Assembly: GCA_022826485.1 (NCBI GenBank)
Contig: JAJDUU010000017.1
Location: 1,722 to 65,721 of the forward strand
Source of the DNA: Chloroflexota bacterium
GTDB taxonomy: Bacteria; Chloroflexota; UBA11872
Direction of reading: 5' to 3'
Length of the DNA: 64,000 bases
The notes under the pieces were generated by a model. It was given only the letters and a program-made list of their open reading frames with translations. It searched no databases and had not been told where the DNA came from. This document shows, piece after piece, positions 41,178 to 50,210 of the stretch (positions are counted from its first letter, which is position 1; each line of letters opens with the position of its first letter). Position numbers and translations under genes: made by a program.

Positions 41178-42323
41178 TCAGACCTCCTCGACGACCGTGG
41201 CTTCGATGCCGCGATGCAGGTCGCGGTGGGTGAAGTAGTAGACCACCAGCACGCGTCCGTCCCGTAGCTCGACGGCCCAGGGATAGCCGCAGTCCGAGGT
41301 CATGGAGTCGCTGCGCACGTCGAGGACGGGACAAGTGTCGAGGTTGGCGCACTCTGGGTCGGTGACGCGCACGGTGCAGCCGCGCTGCCCATCCCACCGC
41401 GTCCCCGTGGTCACGAAGACGCGTCCGTCGCTGAGCGGCAGCATGTGGCTGGGGCTCCCGTAGATCGACGTGGGCTGCCACGGCGTCCAGGTCTGGCCGT
41501 CGTTGTCCGACTCGACCCGCGCCACAATCGTGCCGCCCTGGCTGCCCGACAGCCGGATTCGCGGCGAGCCCCGCGGATGGCAGCGATACAAGACCACGAG
41601 GCGTCCGCTGGGCGTGCGGTGTATGGCCGGCTCGCTGAAGTGCACGACGGGGTCCTCGGCAATGCGGCCGCCGTAGGTCCAGGTCTCGCCGAAGTCGTCC
41701 GAGACGCGCAGCATGCCGAAGTAGGGCTGCTCGCCCCGGGGACGCTCGGTGGCCTTGCTGGGCATGAGCAGGCGCCCGCCGGGCAGCTCCAGCAGCCCGC
41801 TGCGGCACACGCCCGAGTGCTCGGCCGGGTGGCCCCAGGCGGCGTCCGGCAGGCGGGGAAAGCGCACCGGATTGGACCAGGTGCGGCCGCCGTCGCGGGA
41901 CCGCACCCAGAAGGGAATGCCGGGTCGAGAGATCCAGGTCGAATGCTGCGGCGAGCCGACGTCCCGTGCGTGCGGCGGCGCGCGAAAGATGAATTCGGCG
42001 AATCCCTGGGCAGGCACGAGCTCGTTGCTCGACGCATGAAGAAAGATGCTGCCGTCGGCGAGCGTGTGGGTGCCGAAGTCGATCACGCCGCCGCGCGGAT
42101 CGTTGGTGACCAGCCAGGATTCGCTCCAGGTTTGGCCCTCGTCGCGCGACGCGACGGCCCGCACGTCGAACAGCGGATGGCTGTGATGGGCGTGGCCCAG
42201 ATGCGGCGCGCGATGGAAGAGCACCAGCAGCTCGCCCGCCGGCGTGCGCACGACGTTCGGCGCGGTGGCGTAGTGGCCGGTCTCGCGGTAGACGGTAATG
42301 TGCTCGATGACGCGCCAGCTCAT
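41178..42323 (-). CDS. BNR/Asp-box sialidase-like propeller (paralog 3), no signal peptide
   Basis: Asp-boxes SRDEGQTW, SRDGGRTW, SDDFGETW and SDNDGQTW, with a VVRTPAG segment resembling the sialidase RIP motif. Confidence 0.7.
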   Translation of the reverse strand: MSWRVIEHITVYRETGHYATAPNVVRTPAGELLVLFHRAPHLGHAHHSHPLFDVRAVASRDEGQTWSESWLVTNDPRGGVIDFGTHTLADGSIFLHASSNELVPAQGFAEFIFRAPPHARDVGSPQHSTWISRPGIPFWVRSRDGGRTWSNPVRFPRLPDAAWGHPAEHSGVCRSGLLELPGGRLLMPSKATERPRGEQPYFGMLRVSDDFGETWTYGGRIAEDPVVHFSEPAIHRTPSGRLVVLYRCHPRGSPRIRLSGSQGGTIVARVESDNDGQTWTPWQPTSIYGSPSHMLPLSDGRVFVTTGTRWDGQRGCTVRVTDPECANLDTCPVLDVRSDSMTSDCGYPWAVELRDGRVLVVYYFTHRDLHRGIEATVVEEV

Positions 42324-42446
42324 GGAGATGGCAGACGGACGGCCCCAACTCGCGGCATTGCAGTGCGCCTCTCGTGCGTTGGGCTGTGACGGGCAGTCTA
42401 CGCGGCATGGGGTGACGGCCGATGACGCGGCCTCGGCCGGCGGTTG

Positions 42447-42600
42447 TCACCCTCACCCCGACCCTTCACCTATAGGAGACATTTGCATAAGCCTGTAGGA
42501 GCGGCTCTCAGACCCGCCCGACGCCAAGCATCCGGCGCGCTTCCTGGTTCGACCGGACTGGATTCCGGCCTTCGCCGGAATGACGGAGTGGTTACGCGAG
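42447..42600. repeat. Composite repeat module D-B-A (about 150 bp)
   Basis: D is CACCCTCACCCCGACCCTTCACC, B is GGAGCGGCTCTCAGACCCGCCC, A is GGACTGGATTCCGGCCTTCGCCGGAATGACGGAG. Collinear with 47339-47490. Confidence 0.8.
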
Positions 42601-42731
42601 GGTCTGCATAGGGAGAGGGAGCCGAATCTTGCCTGCGGAGTATTGGTCGTTCGGGCGGCAGGCTCGGGCCACCCCCGTGATAGGCTGCCGCACCAGAATC
42701 GACCCCTCGGATCGAGCGGAGGCGCGCCCAC

Positions 42732-43097
42732 ATGAGTTTGCCCCAACAGGCAGCCATCGAGTCGTGCATCGAGCGGTTTCGCAGCGGCACGCTGACCGAG
42801 TTGGAGCTGCGAGACACCTTGCAGTCGCTGGCCGACGGCGAGGACAAGCGCCAGGAGCTGCTGTACCTCCAAGCCGGCACCGCGTCGGTCAACTCGGGCG
42901 TGATTGGGATGTTCATCGCGCGGGACGGTGAGATCGACGAGGGTCCGCCGGACCCCGACGACATGCCCTACGACACTGTCATGGACGCCCTGAACGACGG
43001 CTGGCGGATCATCAAGTTCCCGGAGCTGGCCGTGATTCTGGACGAGACCAGGCTGCACGGACCGGGGGTCGAATTCATCCTGGAGAAGGTGAGGTAA
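42732..43097 (+). CDS. Small acidic hypothetical protein (121 aa)
   Basis: Balanced composition. Ends 8 nt before the PhyH gene, whose ATG follows GGAGAAGGTGAGG. Confidence 0.5.
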   Translation: MSLPQQAAIESCIERFRSGTLTELELRDTLQSLADGEDKRQELLYLQAGTASVNSGVIGMFIARDGEIDEGPPDPDDMPYDTVMDALNDGWRIIKFPELAVILDETRLHGPGVEFILEKVR

Positions 43098-43104
43098 GCC
43101 CGTC

Positions 43105-43986
43105 ATGCGTACCCACGACTGCGAACCGACACTCACCGATTCCCAGGTGCTCGACTTCTGCAAGTCCGGCTATCTGCCGCTCGAGGGCGTGGTTCCCGAC
43201 GACGTCAACCAGCGCGTCGTCGATTTCATGAATGATCACGCCCCGCACATCGAGCCGGGCGACTTCGCCAACCACGAGCCCAACGAGATCCTCGACGAGG
43301 ACTGGTTCATCGACGGCGTGATGTGCAATCCGGTGGCGGCCGGCGCGGTGCGCTGCCTGCTCGGGCGGGACTTTGCGCTGCCGAGGATCATGTCGAGCCA
43401 CCGCGTCCACATGCCGGCCCGCGCCTACGGCTGGCACCGCGACGGCGGCTCGCTGTCGAACCACGAGCTCAACTACCTGCAGGTCTACTACTACCCGCAG
43501 GACACGACGGTGGAGATGGGCGCCACGGCGTTTCTGCCCGGCTCGCACCTGTACTGGCCGTTCGGGCAGGGCAGCTCCGGCCTCTACGGCATGTACCGCG
43601 GCACGGTGTCGAGCGCGGCGCCCGCCGGGTCGATTTTCATCTCGGCCTACTCCGTGTGGCACCGGCGTACCGAGTCGACGGCCTCGGGCATTCGCAATCT
43701 GCTGAAGTACAACTACTGGCGCACGACGGCGCCGCAGCGCGACTGGATTCGCGAGCCGGACTTCGACCCCGCGACGGCCGTCTACGGCCCTGGGCCCGAC
43801 GCGCCGCCCGCACCGCGAAATTCCTATCTGGCCGTGGCGCGCATGTACTTCTGGTTGTGCGGGCGCCTGGACGACTTCCAGGCGCTGGGCGGCCAGGGTT
43901 GGCCGAAGGTCGGGCCGGTGGACTACCAGCCCTACGGCTATCCGGGCGACCCCACCGATCCGCGCGTCCACCAGCAGGCGGTCTGA
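43105..43986 (+). CDS. Phytanoyl-CoA dioxygenase (PhyH) family Fe(II)/2-oxoglutarate oxygenase
   Basis: LTDSQVLDFCKSGYLPLEGVV N-terminus, WHRDG, FLPGSH, and VWHRRTES distal His region. Confidence 0.72.
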   Translation: MRTHDCEPTLTDSQVLDFCKSGYLPLEGVVPDDVNQRVVDFMNDHAPHIEPGDFANHEPNEILDEDWFIDGVMCNPVAAGAVRCLLGRDFALPRIMSSHRVHMPARAYGWHRDGGSLSNHELNYLQVYYYPQDTTVEMGATAFLPGSHLYWPFGQGSSGLYGMYRGTVSSAAPAGSIFISAYSVWHRRTESTASGIRNLLKYNYWRTTAPQRDWIREPDFDPATAVYGPGPDAPPAPRNSYLAVARMYFWLCGRLDDFQALGGQGWPKVGPVDYQPYGYPGDPTDPRVHQQAV

Positions 43987-44011
43987 GCCGACACCGACGG
44001 GCGGCCGCGCC

Positions 44012-44803
44012 ATGAGTCCACGTGGCCGCGTCATCGTGGGCACGGCGAATTGGAACGATCTGCGCGGCTTTTACCCGCGTGGAACCAAACAGAGCGAGAA
44101 GCTGGCGGCCTACGCCGCACGCCTGTCGGGCGTCGAGGTCAACGCCACGTTCTTTCGCATGCAACAGCGCGAGACCGTGGCCGGGTGGGCCGAGCAGACG
44201 CCCGACGGATTCATGCTGAGCCTCAAGGCGCATCGCTTTGTTTCGTCGTGGCTGCGGAACCCCGACAAGGCGGAGGCGCAGGGATTCGCGCGGCACCGAG
44301 CGATGGCGCAGCCGCTGGTTGACGCCGGCAAATTCGTTGCCTACCTGTTGCAATTTCCGGGAAAGCTGAGCGCCGCGATCGACCTGGAGCGGTCGCTGGC
44401 GATGCTGCGCGAGGGTTTCGGCGATCTGCCGCTGGCGGTGCAACTGCCGGACACGTCGGACTCCCAGCTCGACGCGCAGATCACGGGGGAGTTGCAGAAC
44501 CACAGCATGGTGCGCGTGCGCCACGACCCGCCGGCGTCGGATGAGGCGGCGTGGCCGATGGATGCCGGTGACCTGGCGTACTTCCGCTTCCGCGGCCCGG
44601 CGGTTGCTTCGAGCGCGGGCGACGACGGACGCTTGCGCTACAGCGATGCTCAGATCAGGGAACGTGCCACTATCGTCCGGCGGGCGAGCGAGGCGGGAAG
44701 ACTGACCATGGCGGTGTGCTACGGCAAGAAAGACGTGGATACGGCGGACGCCGCGCTGCGTCTGACCGCCGAGCTCCAGCGCCGGGGAGTTGCCGTTGGC
44801 TGA
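44012..44803 (+). CDS. DUF72 family protein
   Basis: VGTANWNDLRGFYP...YAARLSGVEVNATFF...GFMLSLKAHRFVS is typical of DUF72. Confidence 0.78.
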   Translation: MSPRGRVIVGTANWNDLRGFYPRGTKQSEKLAAYAARLSGVEVNATFFRMQQRETVAGWAEQTPDGFMLSLKAHRFVSSWLRNPDKAEAQGFARHRAMAQPLVDAGKFVAYLLQFPGKLSAAIDLERSLAMLREGFGDLPLAVQLPDTSDSQLDAQITGELQNHSMVRVRHDPPASDEAAWPMDAGDLAYFRFRGPAVASSAGDDGRLRYSDAQIRERATIVRRASEAGRLTMAVCYGKKDVDTADAALRLTAELQRRGVAVG

Positions 44804-45929
44804 GCATCCGCCCCCAGTGCCGGACGGCTACAACGGGCCGCGGGCCTGCGACCCGCATGAGTTCGGGGCCATGCTCGACCTGCAGAACCTGGCGCTGCGG
44901 ACCCTGAACTCTCGCGCCGGAGAGCCGGCTCGCATGCCGTCCATGGGCTTGGACTGGCCGCACGTCTACTACCCAGGGAACCTCGACAACATCCGGGTGA
45001 TCACGCACGACGGACTGGTCGTGAGCGCGGTGGCGATCGCCCCAACCACGGTGCGCACGCCGCGCGGCTGGATCGAGCTTGGCGGCATCAATGGCTTCGT
45101 CACACACCCGGACCACCGCCGGCGTGGGCTTGGAACCGCCGTGCTGCACGATGCGCACCGGATCATGCGGGCCAGCGGCCATCACATCGCCATGCTGGGC
45201 ACCGTGAGCCAGAACTACTACCGCCGCTTCGGCTGGGAGATGGGCATGCGGCAGCGGAGTCACATGCTGGACCGCGCAAATATCAACCTGCTGCCGCCCA
45301 GCCCCGACCTCGAGATCACCGAGGACTGGCGCCCCCACGCAGCGGCGCTGACGGCCATGCACGCCCGCGAGCCGCTGGGCGCCGACCGCGACGAGCACTA
45401 CTTCACGTTGGTGGCGCAGTCCCGGGCCGACCGGGTGCTGGTCGCGCTGCAGGACGGCGCGCCGGTGGCGTACCTGGCCGAGCGCCAGCGGGAGGTTCTC
45501 GAGTACGGCGGCGACGTGGCGGCAACCGTGACGCTGCTGCGGCGCCTGCTGCGCGATATCGACGATCCCCGCGCCAGCACCACCGACCGTCCTCCAGGCG
45601 AGAGCACGGTGGTGACGCTGGAGGTCATCGCGCCCGAATGGAACGACGGCCTCGCCGGCCTGCTGCTGGAGACCGGCATCCCGTACGGCCAGACCCATCA
45701 CTACATGATCAAGGTCATCAATCTCGAATCGCTGCTGGGCGCGCTCGATTTAACCGACGTCGAGGCAACGGCGTCTGCCGACGGATGGCGGCTGCGCCGC
45801 GGCGACCGCACGCTCGACGTGAGCGATTGCGAGCTGGTGAAGCTCTTGTTCGGTCCGGAGCGGTTTCCCGACTTCGCGCCGGACCTATTCCCGCTGGACT
45901 TCTTTCAGTGGAAGCTCGACCGGATGTGA
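44790..45929 (+). CDS. GNAT N-acetyltransferase, Eis-like (GNAT + C-terminal SCP2-like region)
   Basis: Acetyl-CoA motif GFVTHPDHRRRGLGTAVL. The size and a second GNAT-like half fit Eis-type enzymes. The ORF start is a TTG, and the ATG at 44871 is an alternative. Confidence 0.65.
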   Translation: MPLAEHPPPVPDGYNGPRACDPHEFGAMLDLQNLALRTLNSRAGEPARMPSMGLDWPHVYYPGNLDNIRVITHDGLVVSAVAIAPTTVRTPRGWIELGGINGFVTHPDHRRRGLGTAVLHDAHRIMRASGHHIAMLGTVSQNYYRRFGWEMGMRQRSHMLDRANINLLPPSPDLEITEDWRPHAAALTAMHAREPLGADRDEHYFTLVAQSRADRVLVALQDGAPVAYLAERQREVLEYGGDVAATVTLLRRLLRDIDDPRASTTDRPPGESTVVTLEVIAPEWNDGLAGLLLETGIPYGQTHHYMIKVINLESLLGALDLTDVEATASADGWRLRRGDRTLDVSDCELVKLLFGPERFPDFAPDLFPLDFFQWKLDRM

Positions 45930-45974
45930 CGGCACCGGATCTAGCCCCAAGTTTCAGTCCCGGCGGCTCACCCG

Positions 45975-46085
45975 TTCGCCCCCGTATCACGTACGGGGCA
46001 GGCGATGAGCAACGTCGAAGGGCGCCGTTCATGGTTCGACAGAGCCTGCCCTGAGCCTGCCGAAGGGCTCACCACGAACGGGTGA
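45975..46085. repeat. REP-like elements: family C variant hairpin plus family E
   Basis: CCCCGTATCACGTACGGGG hairpin, then GGTTCGACAGAGCCTGCCCTGAGCCTGCCGAAGGGCTCACCACGAACGG (compare 40616-40665). Confidence 0.75.
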
Positions 46086-46091
46086 GTGGGC

Positions 46092-47294
46092 TCATGAAGC
46101 AAGCTTCCCGGGGTTCCACCGGATGGCGGTGACCTGGGTGTGCCCGATCGCGGCGTCCCACACGGTGCGCGCGGGCTCGTGGTCGCAGGCGCCGACGATG
46201 GAGAGCACGTCGCCGTCGTCCAGCGTCACGCTGGCGCTGAAACCGCTGACGCCCGAGCCGTAGTAGAGATAGACCGCCTCGTCGGCCCAGGTCTCGCCGG
46301 AGTCTCGACTCAGCATGACCCGGCCGCTCGGCGGGCCAGGGCCGTAGCGGGTGTCGTGGATGACGGCGATGGTTCCGTCGCCGGCAACCGCGGGTGCGCC
46401 GAAGCACTGGCCGAAGACGGTGGTGAGCTGGCGCAGGTTGCCCCAGGTGCGGCCGCCGTCGGGCGAATCGGCCAGGAACACGTGCTTCCAGGCCAGATTG
46501 CCCCGCGCGCCCTGCGGCTCCAGTTCGTCGGGCATACGGGGCCGCTGGTAGCGCACCACCGCCAGCAGCCGGCCGCCGCCTAGCTCCGCGACCGCGCCCT
46601 CGGTGCCCCAATCGCACACGAGTGACGGCTCCGACCAGGTCCGTCCGCCGTCGCTCGATCTGAAGGCCACCAGATGCATGACGCCGCTGGCGGGCGGCTC
46701 CCACACCAGGCGGTCGCGGCAGCAAAAGAGCAGGAGCAGGGTGCGGCCCTCGATCAGCCGCAGGGAGTGGTAGTAGCGCTCGTCGTAGCGGGTCGGCAGC
46801 GTGAGCTCGGCGTGCAAGCTCCAGCTGCGGCCCTGGTCGGCCGAACCCATGATCTCGATGGGATCCGAGCGGATGCCGTCGTTCGAGCCGACGTGCACCA
46901 GGGTTCCGTCGTCGATGACGGCAATCGGACCCCGGTAGGGATACATGTCGAGGCCCACCACGGCAGACGGCTCTCGTCCCGCCGCGTCGCCGCGCGCATG
47001 GGCAGTCCAGGTGCGGCCCTCGTCGTCCGAGCGGCACAGCAGCGAGCCCTGGTTGACGAAGATGGCGCCGTCCGGGGCGCGCGCGGCGTGGATCATCTGC
47101 GGATGACCCGCGGGATCGTGGGGCAGCGTGGACTTGGCCACGGGGACCCTATGCAGCCGTCCACCGGCGGCGTGCAGCACGTAGTCCGACGCCTGCATCT
47201 CGGCCAGGTCGTCGCGCGACGGCCAGGGCGCCCCGCCGAGATTGCCCGTGTCAGCAGGTGCGGCAAGTCCAACGACGCCTTGATCGTGGGTCAC
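46092..47294 (-). CDS. BNR/Asp-box sialidase-like propeller (paralog 4), no signal peptide
   Basis: Asp-boxes SDDEGRTW, SADQGRSW, SSDGGRTW, SPDGGRTW and SRDSGETW. Confidence 0.7.
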   Translation of the reverse strand: MTHDQGVVGLAAPADTGNLGGAPWPSRDDLAEMQASDYVLHAAGGRLHRVPVAKSTLPHDPAGHPQMIHAARAPDGAIFVNQGSLLCRSDDEGRTWTAHARGDAAGREPSAVVGLDMYPYRGPIAVIDDGTLVHVGSNDGIRSDPIEIMGSADQGRSWSLHAELTLPTRYDERYYHSLRLIEGRTLLLLFCCRDRLVWEPPASGVMHLVAFRSSDGGRTWSEPSLVCDWGTEGAVAELGGGRLLAVVRYQRPRMPDELEPQGARGNLAWKHVFLADSPDGGRTWGNLRQLTTVFGQCFGAPAVAGDGTIAVIHDTRYGPGPPSGRVMLSRDSGETWADEAVYLYYGSGVSGFSASVTLDDGDVLSIVGACDHEPARTVWDAAIGHTQVTAIRWNPGKLAS

Positions 47295-47338
47295 GTTCGT
47301 CTCCTCCGTATGCGTTCGGCTTGAGCGTCGCTTGCCAT

Positions 47339-47490
47339 CGCCCTCACCCTAACCTCTCCCGTGAGAGACGTGTACGTAATCGGGAAGGGGCGGGTCTGAG
47401 ACCCCCCGTACGCAGAAAGGCCAGCGCGCCGCAAGTTTGACCGGACTGGATTCCGGCCTTCGCCGGAATGACGGAGGGATTTCGCACGGC
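47339..47490. repeat. Composite repeat module D-B-A (second copy)
   Basis: CCCTCACCCTAACCTCTCCC ... GGGGCGGGTCTGAGACCCCCC ... GGACTGGATTCCGGCCTTCGCCGGAATGACGGAG. Confidence 0.8.
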
Positions 47491-47521
47491 TCTCCAGAGA
47501 GAGGGGACCGGATGCGTTGTT

Positions 47522-48580
47522 TCACGGCTTCTCGCCGGGCGGGATGAGCCGCGGCGGGGCGCCGTCGGGCCAGTCCAGGTGACCTATGAACAGGCCTCGG
47601 GTGCGGTTGGATTCGCGGTAGCGGAAGTCCTGGGGATCCGCCGAGCAGTGGGTAATCCACCACTGGCCCTCCCAACGGAAGACCTCCGAGGCGTGGCAGA
47701 AGCCCAACCGCTGCGGCTCGTAGCCGTGGAAGTCGTAGGGCGATTCGGACGCCACGAAATGCGTCCACCAGCCGTGCTTGAAGAACAGCCAGAACCTGCC
47801 GTCCTTGGGTACCACGCAGGGCGACTCGACTTCGAGGGTCGGCTCCTCATCGAAGGTCCAGGCCTTCATGGTGAACACCGGTCCGATCTCCTGCCAATGC
47901 AGCAGATCGTGCGACATGGACGCGGCCACGCACACCAGGTTGTGGCCGAACTTCTCCTGCACCCGCGCCACCCAATAGGCCACGAACGTCCCGTCGTCGA
48001 GCCGGATGATGTGCGGGTCGCGGCAGCCGCCGTAGGAGCCGCCGAGCCGACGGGCGACGGATAGGAAGTCCTCGCCGGCGTCCCGATGCATGCGCTCCAC
48101 TTCGTCCGGCGGAGGCAGACCGAATCCCGGCCACTTGGCCCAGGACACCGAGGGCACGATCACGGGATTGCCCGGAAAGCGCTCCCAGTTGAAGAGGTCG
48201 GTCGACGTGGCGAGGCACATGCGCTGCGTGCGGTGCACGTCCGTGACGCAATACAGCATGTAGAAGCAGCCCTCGTGCTCGATGACGTAGGGCGCGAAGC
48301 AGGTCACCTCTTCCGGCCACACGCCGGTGGCAGTGAGCGCGGGTGGATGCTGGGTCCACTCCATCAGATCGGCGGACGTGGCGTGGGCGAGCGAGTCCTC
48401 GACGCCGTGCATCTCGCCCGGACCGGTCACGTCGCCGATGATGCCGAAGAAGTGCCACAGGCCCTCGTGCCGGATCAGGCAGTGGTCGTTGAGATAGCGG
48501 CCCGGATAGGTGAGCACCTCCCGAAACGCGCCAAGCTGTACGTCGCCGTAGGGGCTGGGGCGGATGGAGCTGCCAGGCAT
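47522..48580 (-). CDS. Five-bladed beta-propeller glycoside hydrolase-like protein (GH32/GH68 clan-like)
   Basis: Ordered motifs YLNDHCL (compare WMNDPNG), CRDPHI (RDP) and ESPCV (ECP). Its ATG directly abuts the nthA stop (TAGATG). Confidence 0.5.
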   Translation of the reverse strand: MPGSSIRPSPYGDVQLGAFREVLTYPGRYLNDHCLIRHEGLWHFFGIIGDVTGPGEMHGVEDSLAHATSADLMEWTQHPPALTATGVWPEEVTCFAPYVIEHEGCFYMLYCVTDVHRTQRMCLATSTDLFNWERFPGNPVIVPSVSWAKWPGFGLPPPDEVERMHRDAGEDFLSVARRLGGSYGGCRDPHIIRLDDGTFVAYWVARVQEKFGHNLVCVAASMSHDLLHWQEIGPVFTMKAWTFDEEPTLEVESPCVVPKDGRFWLFFKHGWWTHFVASESPYDFHGYEPQRLGFCHASEVFRWEGQWWITHCSADPQDFRYRESNRTRGLFIGHLDWPDGAPPRLIPPGEKP

Positions 48581-49204
48581 CTACGCGATCTCCGTCCTCG
48601 ACCGTGCCAGGCCCACCCCGATCATCGAGTCGCGCGTCACGAGCTCGGCCAGCTTCTCCGCCGGCAAGTCGCCGGTACCGGCGGGGCGTTCCGGCAGGAC
48701 CATGTAGCGCAGCGAGGCGGTGCTGTCCCACACCCGGATCTCCTTCGACTCGTCGACTTCGAGTCCGAACTCGCGCAGCACGGCGCGCGGCTCGCGGACC
48801 ACGCGGGATCGGTAGGCCGCGTCTTTGTACCAGGTGGGAGGCAGACCGAGCACCGGCCAGGGGTAGCACGAGCAGAGCGTGCACACGATGACGTTGTGCA
48901 CCTGGGGCGTGCTTTCCAGCACCACGATCTCGGCACCCTCCGCGCCGCCGAATCCAAGCTCGGCGATTGCCTCGGTGCCGTTCTCGAGCAGACGCCGCTT
49001 GTAGCCGGAATCGACCCACGCCCTGGCCACCACTTTGGCACCGTTCATGGGTCCGATGTCGTGCTCGTACGTCCGCACGATCTCGTCGATGGCGTCGGTG
49101 GTCACCAGACCCTTTTCGACCAGCAGCGACTCGAGCGCCCTGGCGCGCACCGCCGCGTATGACTCCGGCTCGGGATGGTGATCGTGGTCGTGGTCGCCGC
49201 TCAC
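48581..49204 (-). CDS. nthA: Nitrile hydratase alpha subunit, cobalt type
   Basis: Metal-site motif [17 protein letters not shown] (Thr in C-T-L-C-S-C indicates the Co type), RVWDSTA and [10 protein letters not shown]. The GTG start at 49202-49204 overlaps the nthB stop as GTGA. Confidence 0.9.
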   Translation of the reverse strand: MSGDHDHDHHPEPESYAAVRARALESLLVEKGLVTTDAIDEIVRTYEHDIGPMNGAKVVARAWVDSGYKRRLLENGTEAIAELGFGGAEGAEIVVLESTPQVHNVIVCTLCSCYPWPVLGLPPTWYKDAAYRSRVVREPRAVLREFGLEVDESKEIRVWDSTASLRYMVLPERPAGTGDLPAEKLAELVTRDSMIGVGLARSRTEIA

Positions 49205-49893
49205 CCGTCGCTCCGTTCGGCGCTCCGTGACTCGACTGGCTCCAGGTAGCCCTCCCACATGTCGATGTGCACGGCCGTGCCCGGCTCCGCCGAATCGCCC
49301 CACAGCTCTAGTCCCTCGAATCTGACACTGTAGAGGTGCTGTGGGGGTGTTGCCTCACCTCCGGGGCTGTCGTCGGGGAGGTCGTAGGCGGCATAGACGG
49401 TGTGAATGACGCCGCGCTTGCCCTGCACATAGCCAGGCGAGCGGGTGTGTCCTCCGTGCTGGATTTTGTGGGCTCTTACGCCGTCTCCCACCGTGAACCT
49501 CGGCGGCTGCGCCGGCGTCTGGCGAACGTCCCGCTGGCGATACATGCCCGCGCGAACGCGCGCGGTGAGCGCCGGGTCGATCCTGCGCGTCGGTCGTGCG
49601 TCGGGATGCTGGCGAAAGTGCTCGGTCTTTGCCGCCAGCTCCTCGGCATCGAGCGCACCCCGCGCCATGAGCCCGCGCTCGAAGGCGAGCATCCACCGCT
49701 GGTAGTAGCCGGACAGGTATTCGTCCGGCTCGAGGCTCTCCAGCCTGGGGCGCGAGAGCCCGCCCTTGACCGAGGTCACCAATCCGAACACCCGGCCCTC
49801 CCACTCGCTGTGGAAGACCGGCTCATCCGCTTCCGGCTCCACGCGACCGTAGCCCGGCACGCCGCCCATGTCGTGGATGCCGCTGATCGTGAT
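49201..49893 (-). CDS. nthB: Nitrile hydratase beta subunit. The first ATG is at 49869, but the start is probably a non-canonical ATC at 49891-49893.
   Basis: [18 protein letters not shown], and the C-terminal SH3-like FxVGDxVR/HTRxPxY region ([12 protein letters not shown] ... [15 protein letters not shown]). See the finding on start-codon usage. Confidence 0.85.
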   Translation of the reverse strand: MTISGIHDMGGVPGYGRVEPEADEPVFHSEWEGRVFGLVTSVKGGLSRPRLESLEPDEYLSGYYQRWMLAFERGLMARGALDAEELAAKTEHFRQHPDARPTRRIDPALTARVRAGMYRQRDVRQTPAQPPRFTVGDGVRAHKIQHGGHTRSPGYVQGKRGVIHTVYAAYDLPDDSPGGEATPPQHLYSVRFEGLELWGDSAEPGTAVHIDMWEGYLEPVESRSAERSDG

Positions 49894-49967
49894 CGGTCAG
49901 CTCCGCCTGTGCGTCACTCGATTTCGCCGCCAACTTCCCAGCCGTCGGAGTCCGGCGTCCTGGGCGG

Positions 49968-50210
49968 ACGGCAAAGGGCAGCCACAAGGGCTGCCCCTAC
50001 ACGGATCGCGGAGGGATTCAGGGCCTGGACTCCCCCTTTCGGAGCCCCCTGCGAAACCCTTCGTCATTCCCGCGAAGAGCCTGCCCCGTACTCGATACGG
50101 GGCGGGAATCCACCCCTCATTGAACCTGGGGGCGGTGAGGATGCGCCCGGTCACCCCCAAGCCCGGCTGGATTTTGCAAAGGTCTCCCTTCGCGGGAATG
50201 ACGGAGTAGA
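49968..50210. repeat. Cluster of REP-like elements (B variant, A with nested C, degenerate A)
   Basis: GGGCAGCCACAAGGGCTGCCCC lies at 49975-49996. CGTCATTCCCGCGAAG-[AGCCTGCCCCGTACTCGATACGGGG]-CGGGAATCCACC spans 50062-50114. CTTCGCGGGAATGACGGAG lies at 50188-50206. Confidence 0.8.

Noticed and set aside
40741-42456. 571-aa minus-strand ORF overlapping rhaM, the spacer repeats and BNR paralog 3
   Set aside because: It is out of frame with both recognisable genes and reads through REP-like repeats. The product is Arg/Pro-rich.
43075-45701. Minus-strand ORFs 43075..44043, 43637..44524 and 44670..45701, antisense to the PhyH / DUF72 / GNAT cassette
   Set aside because: Arg/Ala/Pro-rich with no motifs. 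The plus-strand genes have family signatures and tight spacing.
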